A stretch of DNA of 63,900 nucleotides, filler included, from Octopus bimaculoides (taxonomy: Eukaryota), in NCBI RefSeq assembly GCF_001194135.2. It is 5 parts of 5 records of this genome, joined end to end, with 100 filler letters (N's around TTAATTAATTAA, not from the genome) between each part and the next. Parts side by side here need not be neighbours in the genome. Positions count along the whole stretch, not along the records: positions 23,107 to 52,414 come from NC_068982.1; 4 more parts are not named here. One strand, given 5' to 3'. How positions within the stretch are numbered: the stretch's first letter is position 1; the number at the start of each line of letters is the position of its first letter. Positions 23,935 through 37,441 of this stretch are shown here, piece by piece. A program made the position numbers and the translations under genes. Under the pieces are notes generated by a model. The model saw only the letters and a list, made by a program, of their open reading frames with translations. It was not told the DNA's origin and made no database searches.

Positions 23935-24120
23935 ATCCCCAAGCAGATCTATGATCGAGGACATTCTTGTCGCGATACACTTTTCTTTTGATTTTCAGTC
24001 AGAGAATATCCAATGGGTCATTTCGTTTTGATACCATAGATTGTGTGTGGAGAAAGATTTGGCTGTTATTTCTAGTGGGTCGTATATTCATGTAGAGAGT
24101 CCCTTATTGACTCACTTGAT
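23935..24120. mobile_element. Decayed interspersed repeat (SINE family 3; other copies ~32620-32700, 33650-33855, 42540-42620, 44900-45070)
   Basis: Recurrent motifs gatttggctg.tatttctag and gcattccagccgtgacca shared among these loci. Confidence 0.55.
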
Positions 24121-25741
24121 TACTTCTAAATAATACTGTTTGCGTCTTCATAATTGTTTAACATATTTTAATGACGTAACATTTGTAGCTATTTATCGGG
24201 GTAAATAATTTGAGACCTACTCTCAGAATTTAATCAAGCAAAGCGATGATATTGTAACCTTTAATACAAAACACCACGACCTCTTAAATACAATTTAATA
24301 GCAAGCTTTTGAACCGGTAGCGTAGCGTCGGACAATTATTTCCGACAAAATGAGGAGAACGTTATTCAAATCTACAACTTTAAGCGTCTGATTACAGCTA
24401 TTAGCTGTCAGAACGCAAGAAAACAAATAGAGGATGGTCAATTTATTTGTGCAATTAGAAATTCAGAAGAAAAATTCGAAATAATATTCAATCTTGTTAA
24501 AATATATTCTGTAGCTTTTTCAGAAATATTTCTTTCATTAATTGCACAGATACAAGATATAATTAATGGGATATACAATTTCTTCAGAAAGGAGAAATAA
24601 TTTTCTAAAATTTAGAACACCAAAGGATGTTCTATATTTTATGCTCGACGATTTCGTGAAAATCTCTGTTGATGATGATTCACTAAACAAAAAAATACCT
24701 TTTAATAATATTAAATTTTGGGAATGTGGTTCTTAATGAGTTTAATGGCTTAAGTGACACAGATTTTTAAAAAGCTATTTTCAATCCTATCAGGCAACGT
24801 TTGAATAGAGATTATCCTCTTCGTCGACGTTACCCTGGTGACGCATCAATCCTCTTAAATGTTCCTACATGTGGACAAATGAGAAGTTAAATACATAATC
24901 AGATAGTAGCAGAGAACAGATCAGTAAGAGTTAAGCTCAGTGGTTTTCTATACTTGATAAAGCATATATCATGACAGAACATGAACAAACAAAAAAAGGG
25001 TAATGTGGTTAGGCTTTTCTAAAAAGATAGGGACGGTTACAATGGTAGGACACATGACATTTTGATGAGATGGATTTTGATTGCTGGAGTTAACACTGTG
25101 AGAAATACATGCCGCTTCTTTTCTACAACCGAGTATATGCTACTACTCATCATCATCATCATCATTGTCAGATCATCATTGTTATCATTATCATCATTGT
25201 TGTTGTCATCATCACATCGTCATCAAGATCACAGTCAGCAGCATCACTACTTCATCCATCATCATCGACATCCATTGTCTTGTTATTTTTCCACCGATTA
25301 AAATATGGTGGCTCTACGATAACTGGTAATCCAGCTTCTTTACTTCTCTTCGAAAGAATTTATAAATTTGACTTTCACTTATTTAAAACAGTCTAAAACT
25401 ATTCTCTTTCTCCCTCACTCTCTCCATCCTCTCTCTCTCTCTCTCTATTTATCTATCCATCTATCTCTATCTCTCTCACTATCTCACACTCTCTTCCTCT
25501 TCTCTCTCCCCTTCTCTTCCTTTCTCACCCTCTCTCCACAAGAAATCTTTGTCTGATTAACAAAATGAGTGATAGATATATTTTATGTTTATTTCAAACA
25601 ATAAGCAATCCATTGATTAAGTGATTAACCTGTCACAACTTCATTCACTTTTTCAAAATATATACTTTTTTTAAAAATTTAGATAAAATTATAAAAGTAT
25701 TTTATTGTGCAAATAATTAGCCATTTTTAAAAAAAAGCTAA

Positions 25742-27250
25742 CACTGGTCTACAAGGTTTTTGGTGTTTAGGAAATAGACATCATTCCTATACAAAATCGG
25801 TCTCCTGAATCCAAATATGACCTTCTTTTTTACCTATCTAGTTTTTAAGTTATTGAACATCCCTATAGTCACTATGTATGTGTGTACGTCCAGTATGCAG
25901 TGTTTGTTACCTTATTCGAATTCTAAGCTTTTTTCTTTTTCCATACTTTTTAGACGTTGTGGTGAACTAAGCAATAGAAAATGAGCAAGATGTCCTCTTC
26001 AAGAAAGGGTTGCGTTAATTCTCCAAATGTATTTTGTTATGTTTGTGGAGAATACACATTACCTGAAAATTGAAGAAACATCACTGATTTTGTTGAAAGA
26101 GCGTATATGGCATATTTTGGGATCAAGCTGGGGAAACAAGATAAATATTGGGCACTGCATAGTCTCTGCAAACAATGTGCAGAACATTTGCGACAATGGA
26201 CTAAAGGGACAAGGAAAAGTATGAGGTTTGCTATACTAATGGTATAGTGGGAGCCCTATACTCACGTGGACGACTGCTATTTTTGTAACCTAAATTTGAA
26301 GGGTATTAACCGGAAAAATCGACAAACACTTGTCTATCCTAATCTTGCCTCTGCTATTAGACCAGTTCCACACAGTGAAGAGCTTCCTGTTCCTGTCTTC
26401 AATGTCTTGCCTCAGATAACTTTACACTCAACCAAAGAAGATTCATCACCTGAAGAAGATACTAGACATCAAGACTTTTCAGTTGAGACTTTACCTCAGC
26501 TATTCTCCCAGGTAGAGCTGAATGATCTAGTTCGTGACTTGAACCTCCCAAAAACTTTTGCAGAACTGTTGGCTTCTCGGCTGAAAGAGAAGAATCTTCT
26601 GGAGAATGATGTCTGTATAACATTTTATCGGAGGTAGCATGAAGAGTTCCTTTCTTTTTTCACAAAAGGGGAAAAGCTGGTTTACTGCAGAGATGTCAGT
26701 GGGCTTCTTAATAAACTTGGCATTGAAGAATACAAATCAGAGGAATGGCGTCTTTCATAGACAGCTCTTAGCGTAGTTTAAAATGTGTATTGTTGCACAA
26801 CGGAAATGTTTATAGCTCTGTCCCACTCAGCCACTCAACAGCTCTGAAGGTAAAATATGAAGAAATTAAGTTGGTTTTAGAGAAGATACAATATCATGAC
26901 CATAAGTGGGTCATCTGTATTAACTTAAAGATGGTGAATTTTCTCATGGGACAGCAATTGGTTATACCAAATACCCATGCTTTCTTTGCATGCGGGACAG
27001 TAGAGACCAAGGAAACCATTATGTTAAGAAAGACTGGCCGCGTCGAACAAATAGGGCTCCATGTAGAGCTGCCAATATATTGGAAGAACTTTTAGTTGAG
27101 TGAGATAAGATCATTTACCCCCCTCTGCACATCAAATTCGGATTGATCAAACAATTCGTCGAAGCTCTTGACAAAAATGGGGAGTGCTTCAAGTATATCT
27201 GCAGTGTATTTCCAGGCTTGACGATTGAAAAACTTAAAGCAGGGATCTAT
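25742..27250 (+). mobile_element. Chapaev3-like (CMC) DNA transposon, 3'-truncated
   Basis: TAA|CACTGGTC 5' terminus at 25739-25749. Transposase pieces DDCYFCNL, FSQVELNDLVRDLNLPKTFAELLASRLKEKNLL, EWRLF.DSS, LLHNGN...HS, PPLHIKFGLIKQFVEAL, EKLKAGI. Truncated where an RTE fragment begins. Confidence 0.82.
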
Positions 27251-27261
27251 CTAGCTATGTG

Positions 27262-28080
27262 TAGGAACAGTGGCTCAGCACAGTAACCAAAAGTAGTATT
27301 TTTCTGAACTTTTGAATTGTCCATCATCTGCTGGCATGAAGAAGATAGAAAAAAATCGAACACATTCCAGTTATAGAAGAGATGGCATTTGAACCAACTC
27401 TAAATGACATTTATTTAGCTGTGAATAAGCTGAATAACAATAAGTCTCCAGGGTCTGATGGAATCTGTGCAGAGGTCTTGAAATATGGGGGGGGGGGACA
27501 AAATGCTTGAACTCTTAAATATATTAATTTATCACTGTTGGAGAACTAAGAAAGTGCCTCAAGACTGGATTGATTCCATTTTAGTCTCCTTGCATAAATC
27601 GGGGCCAAAGGATCTATGTGGTACTTTTCGTGAGATTTCGCTTTTATCTGTGGTTGGAAGGGTACTTGTCCGCATTCTGTTAGAACGTTTAAATACCTTC
27701 ATAATTCCAAATATGCTGTGTGAGTCTCAGTGTGGCTTTCGCTCCTCTAAGGGAGGACAATCGCAAGAAAAGTGTATTGAACAGAATCTTGCCCTTTACC
27801 ATTGCTTTGTTGATTTGAACAAAGCATTCGATACTGTTAATCGAAAGTTCTGTGACTAATTCTAACGAAAATAAGTTGCCCAGGAAAATTTGTGAACATG
27901 ATCAGGGCTTTGCATCAAGATATGAAAGCTAGAGTTAATTTTTGTGGTAGGCTCTCTGTATCTTTTGCCGTGGAAAATGGAGTAAAGCAAGGAGACCTTG
28001 ATGCACCCACCCTCTTTGCAGTATATTTTACTGTTTTGTTGTCACACGCTTTTCAAAACTCCCAGGAGGGCATAGTTCTA
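27262..28080 (+). mobile_element. RTE-clade (BovB-like) LINE internal RT fragment
   Basis: KSPGSDGICAEVLKYGG, VPQDWIDSILVSLHK, EISLLSVVGRVLVRILLERL, ESQCGFR, FVDLNKAFDTVNR, NGVKQGDLDAPTLF. Confidence 0.9.
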
Positions 28081-28082
28081 TA

Positions 28083-28262
28083 TTTAAGAGATGAGGAATT
28101 ATGTACATTATTTACATTATTTACATTTGACAGATATTTGTCCTCATCTTGTTTGTTGTTAACACAACGTTTCGGCTGATATACCCTCCAGCCTTCATCG
28201 AGTGTCTTGAGGAAATTTCGAACCTGGGTTCTCATTCCTAAAGTATTTTTCTATGTTATTAT
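28083..28262 (-). mobile_element. Penelope-like terminal repeat with hammerhead-like core
   Basis: Minus strand 28201-28169: TCGATGA-A-GGCTG-gagggtatat-CAGCC-GAAAC (5-bp stem II). Confidence 0.6.
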
Positions 28263-28821
28263 TATTATTATGATAATAAATCAAATAAATATAAAACAAC
28301 ATATATTCATATTAATAACTATAATATTTAACAAACTCTCAAATAAATAATTAAATATAATTGATATGTTTATACTCGAAATCTTGTAATTACATATTAT
28401 TGAGTGGATAAAGTGTAGCACAGCACTCAGCACACTTTTCTGTGCAATCACCTTATAACACCAGAAACACAACAACTGAGACGATCAGAAACCGACTGCA
28501 CTTTAAGTTTTTTATATGTGTTTGCTTTCTCCGAGAAGAACATTCTAACAAGAACTAAAGGTCTTTCACTCCCAGTGGTTCACATGCTGGGACCCTGACA
28601 GGTGTTACTTCTCCAGATCAGAGTGGACCTGGGAACAATCATGGCCAAGAGGTGATTCCACTCTTCTCAAAACCCCGGGGCTCCCGTATAAAGGCCCCAC
28701 TGCCGGATGTAGTTTAAAGTCATGCATACATACATACATACATACATACATACATACATACATACATACATACATGCNNNNNNNNNNACTGATTGATAAC
28801 ATACATACATACATACATACA

Positions 28822-28852
<31 letters not shown>

Positions 28853-29428
28853 GTGGGCGCGCGTGTGTGTTTTAAAAATAATACAATCACATTTGAAAGT
28901 CAAAACTATATTTTAGGAGGAACTATACAAATCGTTTCCTAACACTGACCCTATTGTAATGACATCGCCAGGGCTAAAACAGTGTGGTAATAAGACAATC
29001 ACGTGATACTTTAGTATATCGCCATTTCTATGTCTGCAGTTAATTTACATGTTATTAATGACGAGCTCTCTCGAATAACCTACGGGATCTATCGGCAGTC
29101 GTTCGACCGACTGAAAATAGTATCCAAATATCCTTTTAATATCATCCTAAGTGTCTTTAAAATGAAATAAATTATTGTACAATTTGTTCCTAGACATACA
29201 AGAAGCTGACATAGTCATGGCTGGAACGCCTTTGGTAGATGACAGGTCTGCTCGATTTTAGGGAAGCTTGGGACTATATATCAAGGGCTTATGTGAGATT
29301 CTAAGTATTCGACATTTCAAATATTCTAATAGACACTCTTTTAGTTGTTTCCAGTCCCTTTTGTATTTTCTCGATGTTGAAATTTGATCAACTTTCACAT
29401 TTGACCAAATAATTTAAAATGTGTGTAT

Positions 29429-29499
<71 letters not shown>

Positions 29500-29502
<3 letters not shown>

Positions 29503-29665
29503 CAGGCTTCTTTTAGTTTCCATTTACCAAATCCACTCACAAGGCTTTGGTCGGCCTGGAACTGTAGTAGACAATACTTGCGAAAGGTGCCACACAGTGG
29601 GTCTGAACCCGGAACCATGTGGTTGGGATGCAAACTTCGTACGACACAGCCACACCTGTGCGTAT
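29500..29665 (-). mobile_element. SINE family 1 5' half next to (GT)n at 29420-29498
   Basis: acgacaggcttcttttagtttcc..accaaatccactcacaaggctttggtcggcc...gaacccggaaccatgtggttggg..cacacagccacacctgtgc. Confidence 0.88.
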
Positions 29666-30036
29666 GTGATATTCATCAGTAAAATATGTAGTTGCAGTAG
29701 AACTATATTCCAAGTGAAATGAAAATTACTCTCCCAAAATTTCCCTGGCAAAAGTCTTCAATTAAAAAGTTCTCTCCAGAAGTTTCAAATCTGAAAACAA
29801 TTGAAGCTGAAGCCATTTTGTTACTTCAGCTCGAGTAGCAACATTGAACTTCAATTGGGGTGACTAACTTTGATAAAAATCCGTAAGAACTAGTAAAACT
29901 TGCTTCCTGTCTTGCGCAATAAAGAAATATTTAAATCTATTTAAGTGTTAGCGCGTTAAGAAACACCATGCTTTCATTGTTTATCCTTCAGATTGGCTCT
30001 GATAAAATGTGTTCCAATTACGACCATCTTATCTTA

Positions 30037-30754
30037 CGAGGGTGGGCTGAAAAGTTCATAGGGTGACTATGAAGGAGTGATACTAGAGCTGTGAAATCTT
30101 GCACGCATTAATTTCAACTCTACTTATTAATAATTGCATTGTTTCTTTACAGGTAAACTGACATGCGACTGATCAAAGAAGACTTCAGAAGTAACCAGTA
30201 CCGACTTCTCTTGAAAATGGACAAAATTTGGCATCGTGGTGTTATCACACCTGCAGAAAAATGATTTAGCTTCCAACGGCATCCGTGCTGACCGGATTAC
30301 TAGATTAGGGGATGACGCGCCAGCTTTATGAACAGTGCGAAAGTGGACGGCTGGATTTTGGAGGGGGAGGGAGAATCTTGAACATAACCCAAGCTCTGGA
30401 TGTCCTGTAACTGCTACCACTGAGGAAAATATTGATCGTGCACACTACATACTGATGGATGTCAGGTGACTGACAATAAATCAAATAGCCAATGCTATTA
30501 GCACATCCTGTGAGAGAGTTGAGAATACTCTGTACTGAATTTAGAAATACGAAGGTTTCTATTCGGTGGGTGTTACGTCTTCTGAAACCTGATCAAAAGC
30601 GCACCAGTTTGATCATAGCACAGGAAAACCTAACATCGTTTGAGGAGGTCTAACTGGTTTCCTCGAACGTTTCCTAAACCAGTATGAAAGTTGGGTACAT
30701 CACTTTGAGCCTGAGACAAAGAGATAATATATGCAATGGAAACACACCTCCTCG
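30037..30754 (+). mobile_element. Mariner 5' half (TACGAGGG-type TIR), degraded
   Basis: TA|CGAGGGTGGGCTGAAAAGTTC at 30035. Transposase N-terminal remnants MDKIWHRGVI, TATTEENIDRAH, RWVLRLLKPDQKR, WVHHFEPETKR..MQWKH. Confidence 0.8.
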
Positions 30755-32234
30755 TATTTACAGGAATAGTGTATATCTCGAAAAATAACGTTATCTTATT
30801 ATTTCCTTCCTCTTCATACATTAAAAAAGTGAAAAAACAAACGAGTGCAAGTTTTAAAGCGACTTCGAGGCTACTATGCCTAACTGGTTGAGCAACAACG
30901 AAGAATTTCCCATCACTTGGCATGAGCATATCAACATAAATATGTATTGATTTCTGCACTCACTGAATATATAGTTCAGCAAAACTTTGACGGCTCTAGC
31001 CGTGGAGTTTACCTTTCATTTCTAAATAATAATGGTCAATATCTAGATTGGTCTTGCCCTAAGGGAGTCTGCTAGAGACTCCGAGGCTAAAAACAAGTAG
31101 AAATGCAAGGACAACATAAACGAGAGGTATTTTTTTAAGTGTTAAGTAATATTAATCTCGAGAGTCATGTTTATACTTTGATATCATTTGTCGATAGTGA
31201 ATATTTGCAATAGTCAAAAGGCTGAATCCTTCTATTTCTATATTCTTTCCTCTCTATCACAATCCGTTCAATATCTGTCTATCCGAGTGCCTATAATTAC
31301 ATACATATGCGTGTGTGAGTATCTGAGCTGCAAATTTGATACAAACTCACGCAACATACACAAGCACATACACACACATGCAGCAACAAAAAAAAGCAGT
31401 ATATTAATGCACACATGTGTGTGATGGGTGTGTGTGTACGTGTGTGTGTACGTGTGTGTGTACGTGTGTGTGTACGTGTGTGTGTATACATACATATATG
31501 TAAGTGTGTGTGTGTGAAAGTGTGCGTGTGTGTGCGGGCGTGTGTGTGTATATATGTATTTTATCACTACAGAAATGAGTACACGGGCGCACATACATAC
31601 GCGCGTGCGCACCTACATAAGCGCGTGCGCACATACACTGACACAAACACACAAGCATACATTAATATTCACGTGCACGGTTGCCCACGCACGCAAGACA
31701 AGCACAAACACATGTAGAAATATCATAAAGTAGAAATATCAAAAAGTGTTGTAAAGTATATTAAAGTGCACTTTAACAATATCTGCTACAGAACTCACTA
31801 CATTATGTAGAGTGGAGAGATAAGATTACTGTTTCAAAAGTGGACACACTACTCTGGGTTCCGTTCCAGCTGGGTCTCTCACGTTACAAGTCCAGACTAG
31901 GGTGAAACTCAGAGTAGACAGTCAATAGTTGACATATGTGTGCGTATGCGTCTGTATGTCTACATCTGTATAAAAACACTCAAACACACCTACATACAGA
32001 CGTCTGAACATATATACGTATANNNNNNNNNNNNNNNNNNNNNNNNNNNNNNNNNNNNNNNNNNNNNNNNNNNNNNNNNNNNNNNNNNNNNNNNNNNNNN
32101 NNNNNNNNNNNNNNNNNNNNNNNNNNNNNNNNNNNNNNNNNNNNNNNNNNNNNNNNNNNNNNNNNNNNNNNNNNNNNNNNNNNNNNNNNNNNNNNNNNNN
32201 NNNNNNNNNNNNNNNNNNNNNNNNNNNNNNNNNN

Positions 32235-32265
<31 letters not shown>

Positions 32266-33279
32266 ATATATACATATATTACATGTATGTGTATGTGTCT
32301 GTGTCTGTCTTGCTGTTTGTCTTTCTATCTGTGTGTATGTATGTGTGTGTGTGTGCGTGTGTGTGCGCGCCGCCTTTTATTGACCTCGAAGCGATGAAAG
32401 ACAAAGTGGAAGTTGACGGGATTTGAACTTAGAACGCAGAGTGTCAGAGCAAACTCCGACACTCCAACGATATATCTCTTTAATACTGCATTGCCGTGCT
32501 GAATACAGTGTCTGCATAGTTGCAGAACAATGTTAATTGATTGTTTGTAGAACAGCAGCAACTGAAGTATGGGTATGGCGTATATAAGGAGCAAAACAGT
32601 AACAGATGATTTAGTGATTGTTATTGTTGTTTAACACCAGATTATCCTTAAGTTATGATCAGAGACATTCTAGCCAGAGCCATCCCGTCTCTCAATGGAG
32701 ATGTCTATATTGACCACTTTCTCCGCTTTTATGTTTTATTAAAATATAAGCTTTTTCTTTTTTTGGCAAGTAGGGTTAGCTCGAAGGGGCTCCCTCAACG
32801 CTTAGTACTTAGGTGAGTTGACTGTTATTGTCTAGCCTAAGGTATACACCAGGCAAAATGATTAGCGGCATTTCGTCCGTCTTTATAAGCTGAATTCAAA
32901 TCGCCGCAAGATCGACTTTGCTTTCATCCTTTAAGGGGTGATAAAATAAGTACGGCGACGGTAACAGGGATAACGATGCTGATGGCAATGATGCTGAAGG
33001 CAATGATGATGATAATAACTATCGAAGGCTATAAAGAGCAAGGGCATTGGTTACGGTCTATTGCTTTCCCGTTGTATAAAACTATTGTTAATTTATCGAC
33101 CAATGTTAGAAAAATTTGAAAGCAGAAACTTTCTCTTTCTCTGTTGTCGTTTCCATACATTTGTGATCAGAGGTCTGGTTGAGCCGCAATGTGAATGATA
33201 ATCTCTGAGAAATTTGTCCTGGTACTTGGTTGGGACCTTATTTATTCGTCCCTAAAAAGGGAGACGAGCAGGGAGGGTC

Positions 33280-33400
33280 GTTAGCACGCTGGAAAGAATT
33301 CTCAGCAATATGATATTTCTTTCGGCTGACGTTCCACGTTCAAATTCTACCGAGATTGACTCTGCCTTTCATCCTCTCGGGGTCGATTAAATAAGTTACA
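33280..33400 (+). mobile_element. SINE family 2 (GGCGGCGAGCTGGCAGAA head), decayed; further decayed pieces ~32380-32470, 32850-32960, 33480-33590, 47950-48095, 57340-57510, 61912-61985
   Basis: gttagcacgctgg...cgttccacgttcaaattctaccgagattgactctgcctttcatcctctcggggtcgat. Confidence 0.7.
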
Positions 33401-34758
33401 ATCAAATAATTGATGTTTTCGAAAAACTCCACTCCCTAAAATGTCAAGCTTTTTGCCTATAATGGAAAGAATTTATTTACCCTAAAGTCAGAAAGGCAAA
33501 ATTAACCTCGGCTGAATTTGAACACTGAATTCAAAGAACTAGACTACCATGCCGTCTTATTCAACGCTCTGTCTATTCGCCGCCTTCATTAGAGCGTGGA
33601 AAGATGAAACATCATTTGTTGTTGTTTTTGCTATTCTTGTTGTTGTTATTTAATCCCAAATCAGCTCCGTTCGATCTAAATTAAGATCAAAAGCATTCCA
33701 GCCGTGACCATTCCGTCGGCGTTTTTTGTTACTACGGGCAGGAAACCACAGTTTTCAATGTATTCTTTTCTAATAATGTGGCGTGTAATTTGAACGAGAT
33801 TTAGCTGCTATTTCTAGCAGATTGAGTGGCTGCGTAGGGATTCTCTTGGCTGGTTCAAGATACCACTAGTCGTCTAGTTATTGTACCCTGTATAACATTC
33901 ACCGCTGAAGCGCAACAACTACGAGCTGACGTCGTAGACACCAGTAATGATGATGAAGAATAGGAGAGAAAAGGGAAGAAGAGATGAGAAAGAGAAGGAG
34001 GAAGACTGTAACCCTTGTTGTGGTGTTGGTGCTGCTGATGGTGGATGTTTGTATTAATACAACAGATTACATGACATGACATTACATGAGTCATATGTAT
34101 GTGTGTGTGTGTGTGTGTGTGTATGTGCGTGTATATGTATGCATGCTTGTATTCACGTATGTGTGTTTATATGTATGCATGTATCTATATGCATACGTAC
34201 GTAAGTACGCGCATATATGTGCATAAATACAAGCATACATGTATTCATATGCTGTAGGCATGCATGTGCATATATATANNNNNNNNNNNNNNNNNNNNNN
34301 NNNNNNNNNNNNNNNNNNNNNNNNNNNNNNNNNNNNNNNNNNNNNNNNNNNNNNNNNNNNNNNNNNNNNNNNNNNNNNNNNNNNNNNNNNNNNNNNNNNN
34401 NNNNNNNNNNNNNNNNNNNNNNNNNNNNNNNNNNNNNNNNNNNNNNNNNNNNNNNNNNNNNNNNNNNNNNNNNNNNNNNNNNNNNNNNNNNNNNNNNNNN
34501 NNNNNNNNNNNNNNNNNNNNNNNNNNNNNNNNNNNNNNNNNNNNNNNNNNNNNNNNNNNNNNNNNNNNNNNNNNNNNNNNNNNNNNNNNNNNNNNNNNNN
34601 NNNNNNNNNNNNNNNNNNNNNNNNNNNNNNNNNNNNNNNNNNNNNNNNNNNNNNNNNNNNNNNNNNNNNNNNNNNNNNNNNNNNNNNNNNNNNNNNNNNN
34701 NNNNNNATATATACATATATATATATAGAGGGAGAGAGAGACAGAGACAGAGAGAGAG

Positions 34759-34790
<32 letters not shown>

Positions 34791-35978
34791 GTGTGTTCAG
34801 TTACATATACAGCTATATGCAGAGACACGCAAATATGCATATATATTATAGACATACATATATACATATACAAGCACATCTACCCACCCACACACACATA
34901 CACACGCACGTACGCACGCACGCACACATACATACATACATACATACATACATACATACATACATACATACATACATACATACAAGTAGACCTGCAATAA
35001 TCGGTAAACATGGTCTTGTATACAACAGGAGAGTTGTGTGCCAGTGATAGTTGCATGACTATTAACACTTCTGTAGTATTTCTGATTATTAATGCATTCG
35101 TAAGAAATGAAGAAAATAGAAAACAAAAAAAAAATCACTCTCACATAAAACAATACACAAAACAAAGTAGAATAACACTTCCGCTCCCTTCTTCCTAACA
35201 ATTGCTAGAAACTTCACTCTTCTGCCAGTTCATTGCATACCTTATGTTATATGATAACAGTCACTCCTTTTTATTTATTCTATTTCATTGACCCGTTGTC
35301 TCTGCTATCACCACTCTTGCTATGGCTATGTCCGTTGTACTCAATCTCATTTTATTGAAGTCAATCCCCAAGGGTCAGTATTCACAAGACTCCAAGCCAC
35401 TTTTGTTATACTGTGTCCACCAGTTGTGTGTGTATCCTTTGCCAACATTGATCAAACTGCACACTCTGACTTTTGCTGTTTGTCAGTAAAAACACTCCCT
35501 CGGGAACCATCAACAACACAGACCCATTTTCATCAATTCAAAGGCTATTGAACCTAACGAAACAGCCAACTTGTGCGCATGTCAGCATGAATACATGTAT
35601 TATCATATATTTGTATAGATTGTTTGACTGATTGTTCATACGTAATATTTGCTTTTCGAATTTTTTTCTTCGATCTCTCTATTTCTTTCATTTATTTCTT
35701 TCGTTATTTTGGGGAGTTTTGTTCCGTTTTTTTTTTTATTGTTTTAGATCTTTTCTCCCTTTTTGTTTATTTTTTTGAGATAAAAATTTCACTGGTAGTC
35801 ATGAATTCCAACAGGATTGGTATTATTGTTTGTGTTTGTTGATGTTGTAGTTATTGTTCCATCACTACAGCGGTATGTACTCCGGTGTATTGTTTATTTC
35901 ATTTTCATTTATTTTATATATTTATATCTTATGTGTATGTATAACGTCTGTGTGCCCGCGCGTCTCTCTCTCTGTCTC

Positions 35979-36025
<47 letters not shown>

Positions 36026-36607
36026 GGAGACGAAACTATTTACAATATATACGTATGTGTCTGTACATGTATATTTATGTGTGTGTGTATGCATGTATCT
36101 ACTTCACTCACATACATATACATACACATACATACATACATATATACATACATAATTAAACACATATATATGTTCTTTTTTATTCCTTTATGCGTTTCAG
36201 CTCAAATGCTGTGGCCATGCTGGGGCACCGCCAGTTCAGAATAGTTCACCAGCCAGAAGCGGATTCAGTGGCCTACAGACTATAGCAAGAAAAAAAACCG
36301 CAATTTAGTAAAGATGCCACTAACACCTCATTGAAAATACAGCCAAGAAATCGACTTCGGGCAGTGTTTGTTATAATTGCCAGATATGTCTCCGAATGCT
36401 TTGCCATTTTGAGAAGGTTGACGCCAAAGCCACTAGTACAACGCGAACGAGAGAACTACGATATATGCTCGCTCCGGCAGGAGCTTCGAACCATCAAATG
36501 CAAGACTTCAACTGAAAAGAAGAAGCAAACTTTAACCAACCTACGATGCATTCTATGGAAAAGACTCATGAACCTCTTTCGTGGAACAGATTGAGCAGAC
36601 TGACATT

Positions 36608-36685
<78 letters not shown>

Positions 36686-36818
36686 TAGACAGACAGAAAG
36701 AGAGAGAATACGACCTGCGTGTTGCCTGTGTTATTACTAAAGTGTAGCAACCATCTGATCTCTTAGTCATTAATGGATGAAAGGATGGATTGATAGACAG
36801 ACAGACAGAAAAGCATAC

Positions 36819-36869
<51 letters not shown>

Positions 36870-37441
36870 TGTTAGATAGACAGACGGACAGATACATGCT
36901 TACATACATGCACTCATACAAACATACATGTATACATACATGCATGTATACGTACATGCATGCATAGATACATACTCCTTTAAGAACTTAAATAAAACTC
37001 AACGGAAAAACATAGACATAATGTGTGTGTTTGTGCGCGCACGCATCTATGTAGACGTATCAATGTACATGCTATGGAATACATGTATTCTAAACATAAA
37101 CGCATACAAATACACAGATCATGCTGCATCCATTGTGTGGAAAACAATGAATTCGTGTGTTAGAAGATACTTATATAAATTCCCATACACTTATATGCGT
37201 GTATAAATATGCATGTTTGTATATGTGTGTATGCCTGCCGCATGGCCGCGATCCAATGAATAAAGCAAGTAAAAAATAAAGGATATGCGTATTTATATTT
37301 GTCTATCTGTCAGTCTATCTGTTTGTCTGTCTGATTGTATGTATGTATTACGTCTGATGTGTGCGCATGTAGGCATATTTCCATTCAGATATGGAGTGTA
37401 TCATCATACATCCATAAATACATCCATACATCCACCTACAT

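Noticed and set aside
35288-36600. Non-repetitive-looking stretches with short ORFs (35288-35551, 36331-36594)
   Set aside because: No identifiable domain, no consistent exon chain, and stops in the alternative frames. They could be UTR or old repeat but are not supportable as CDS.
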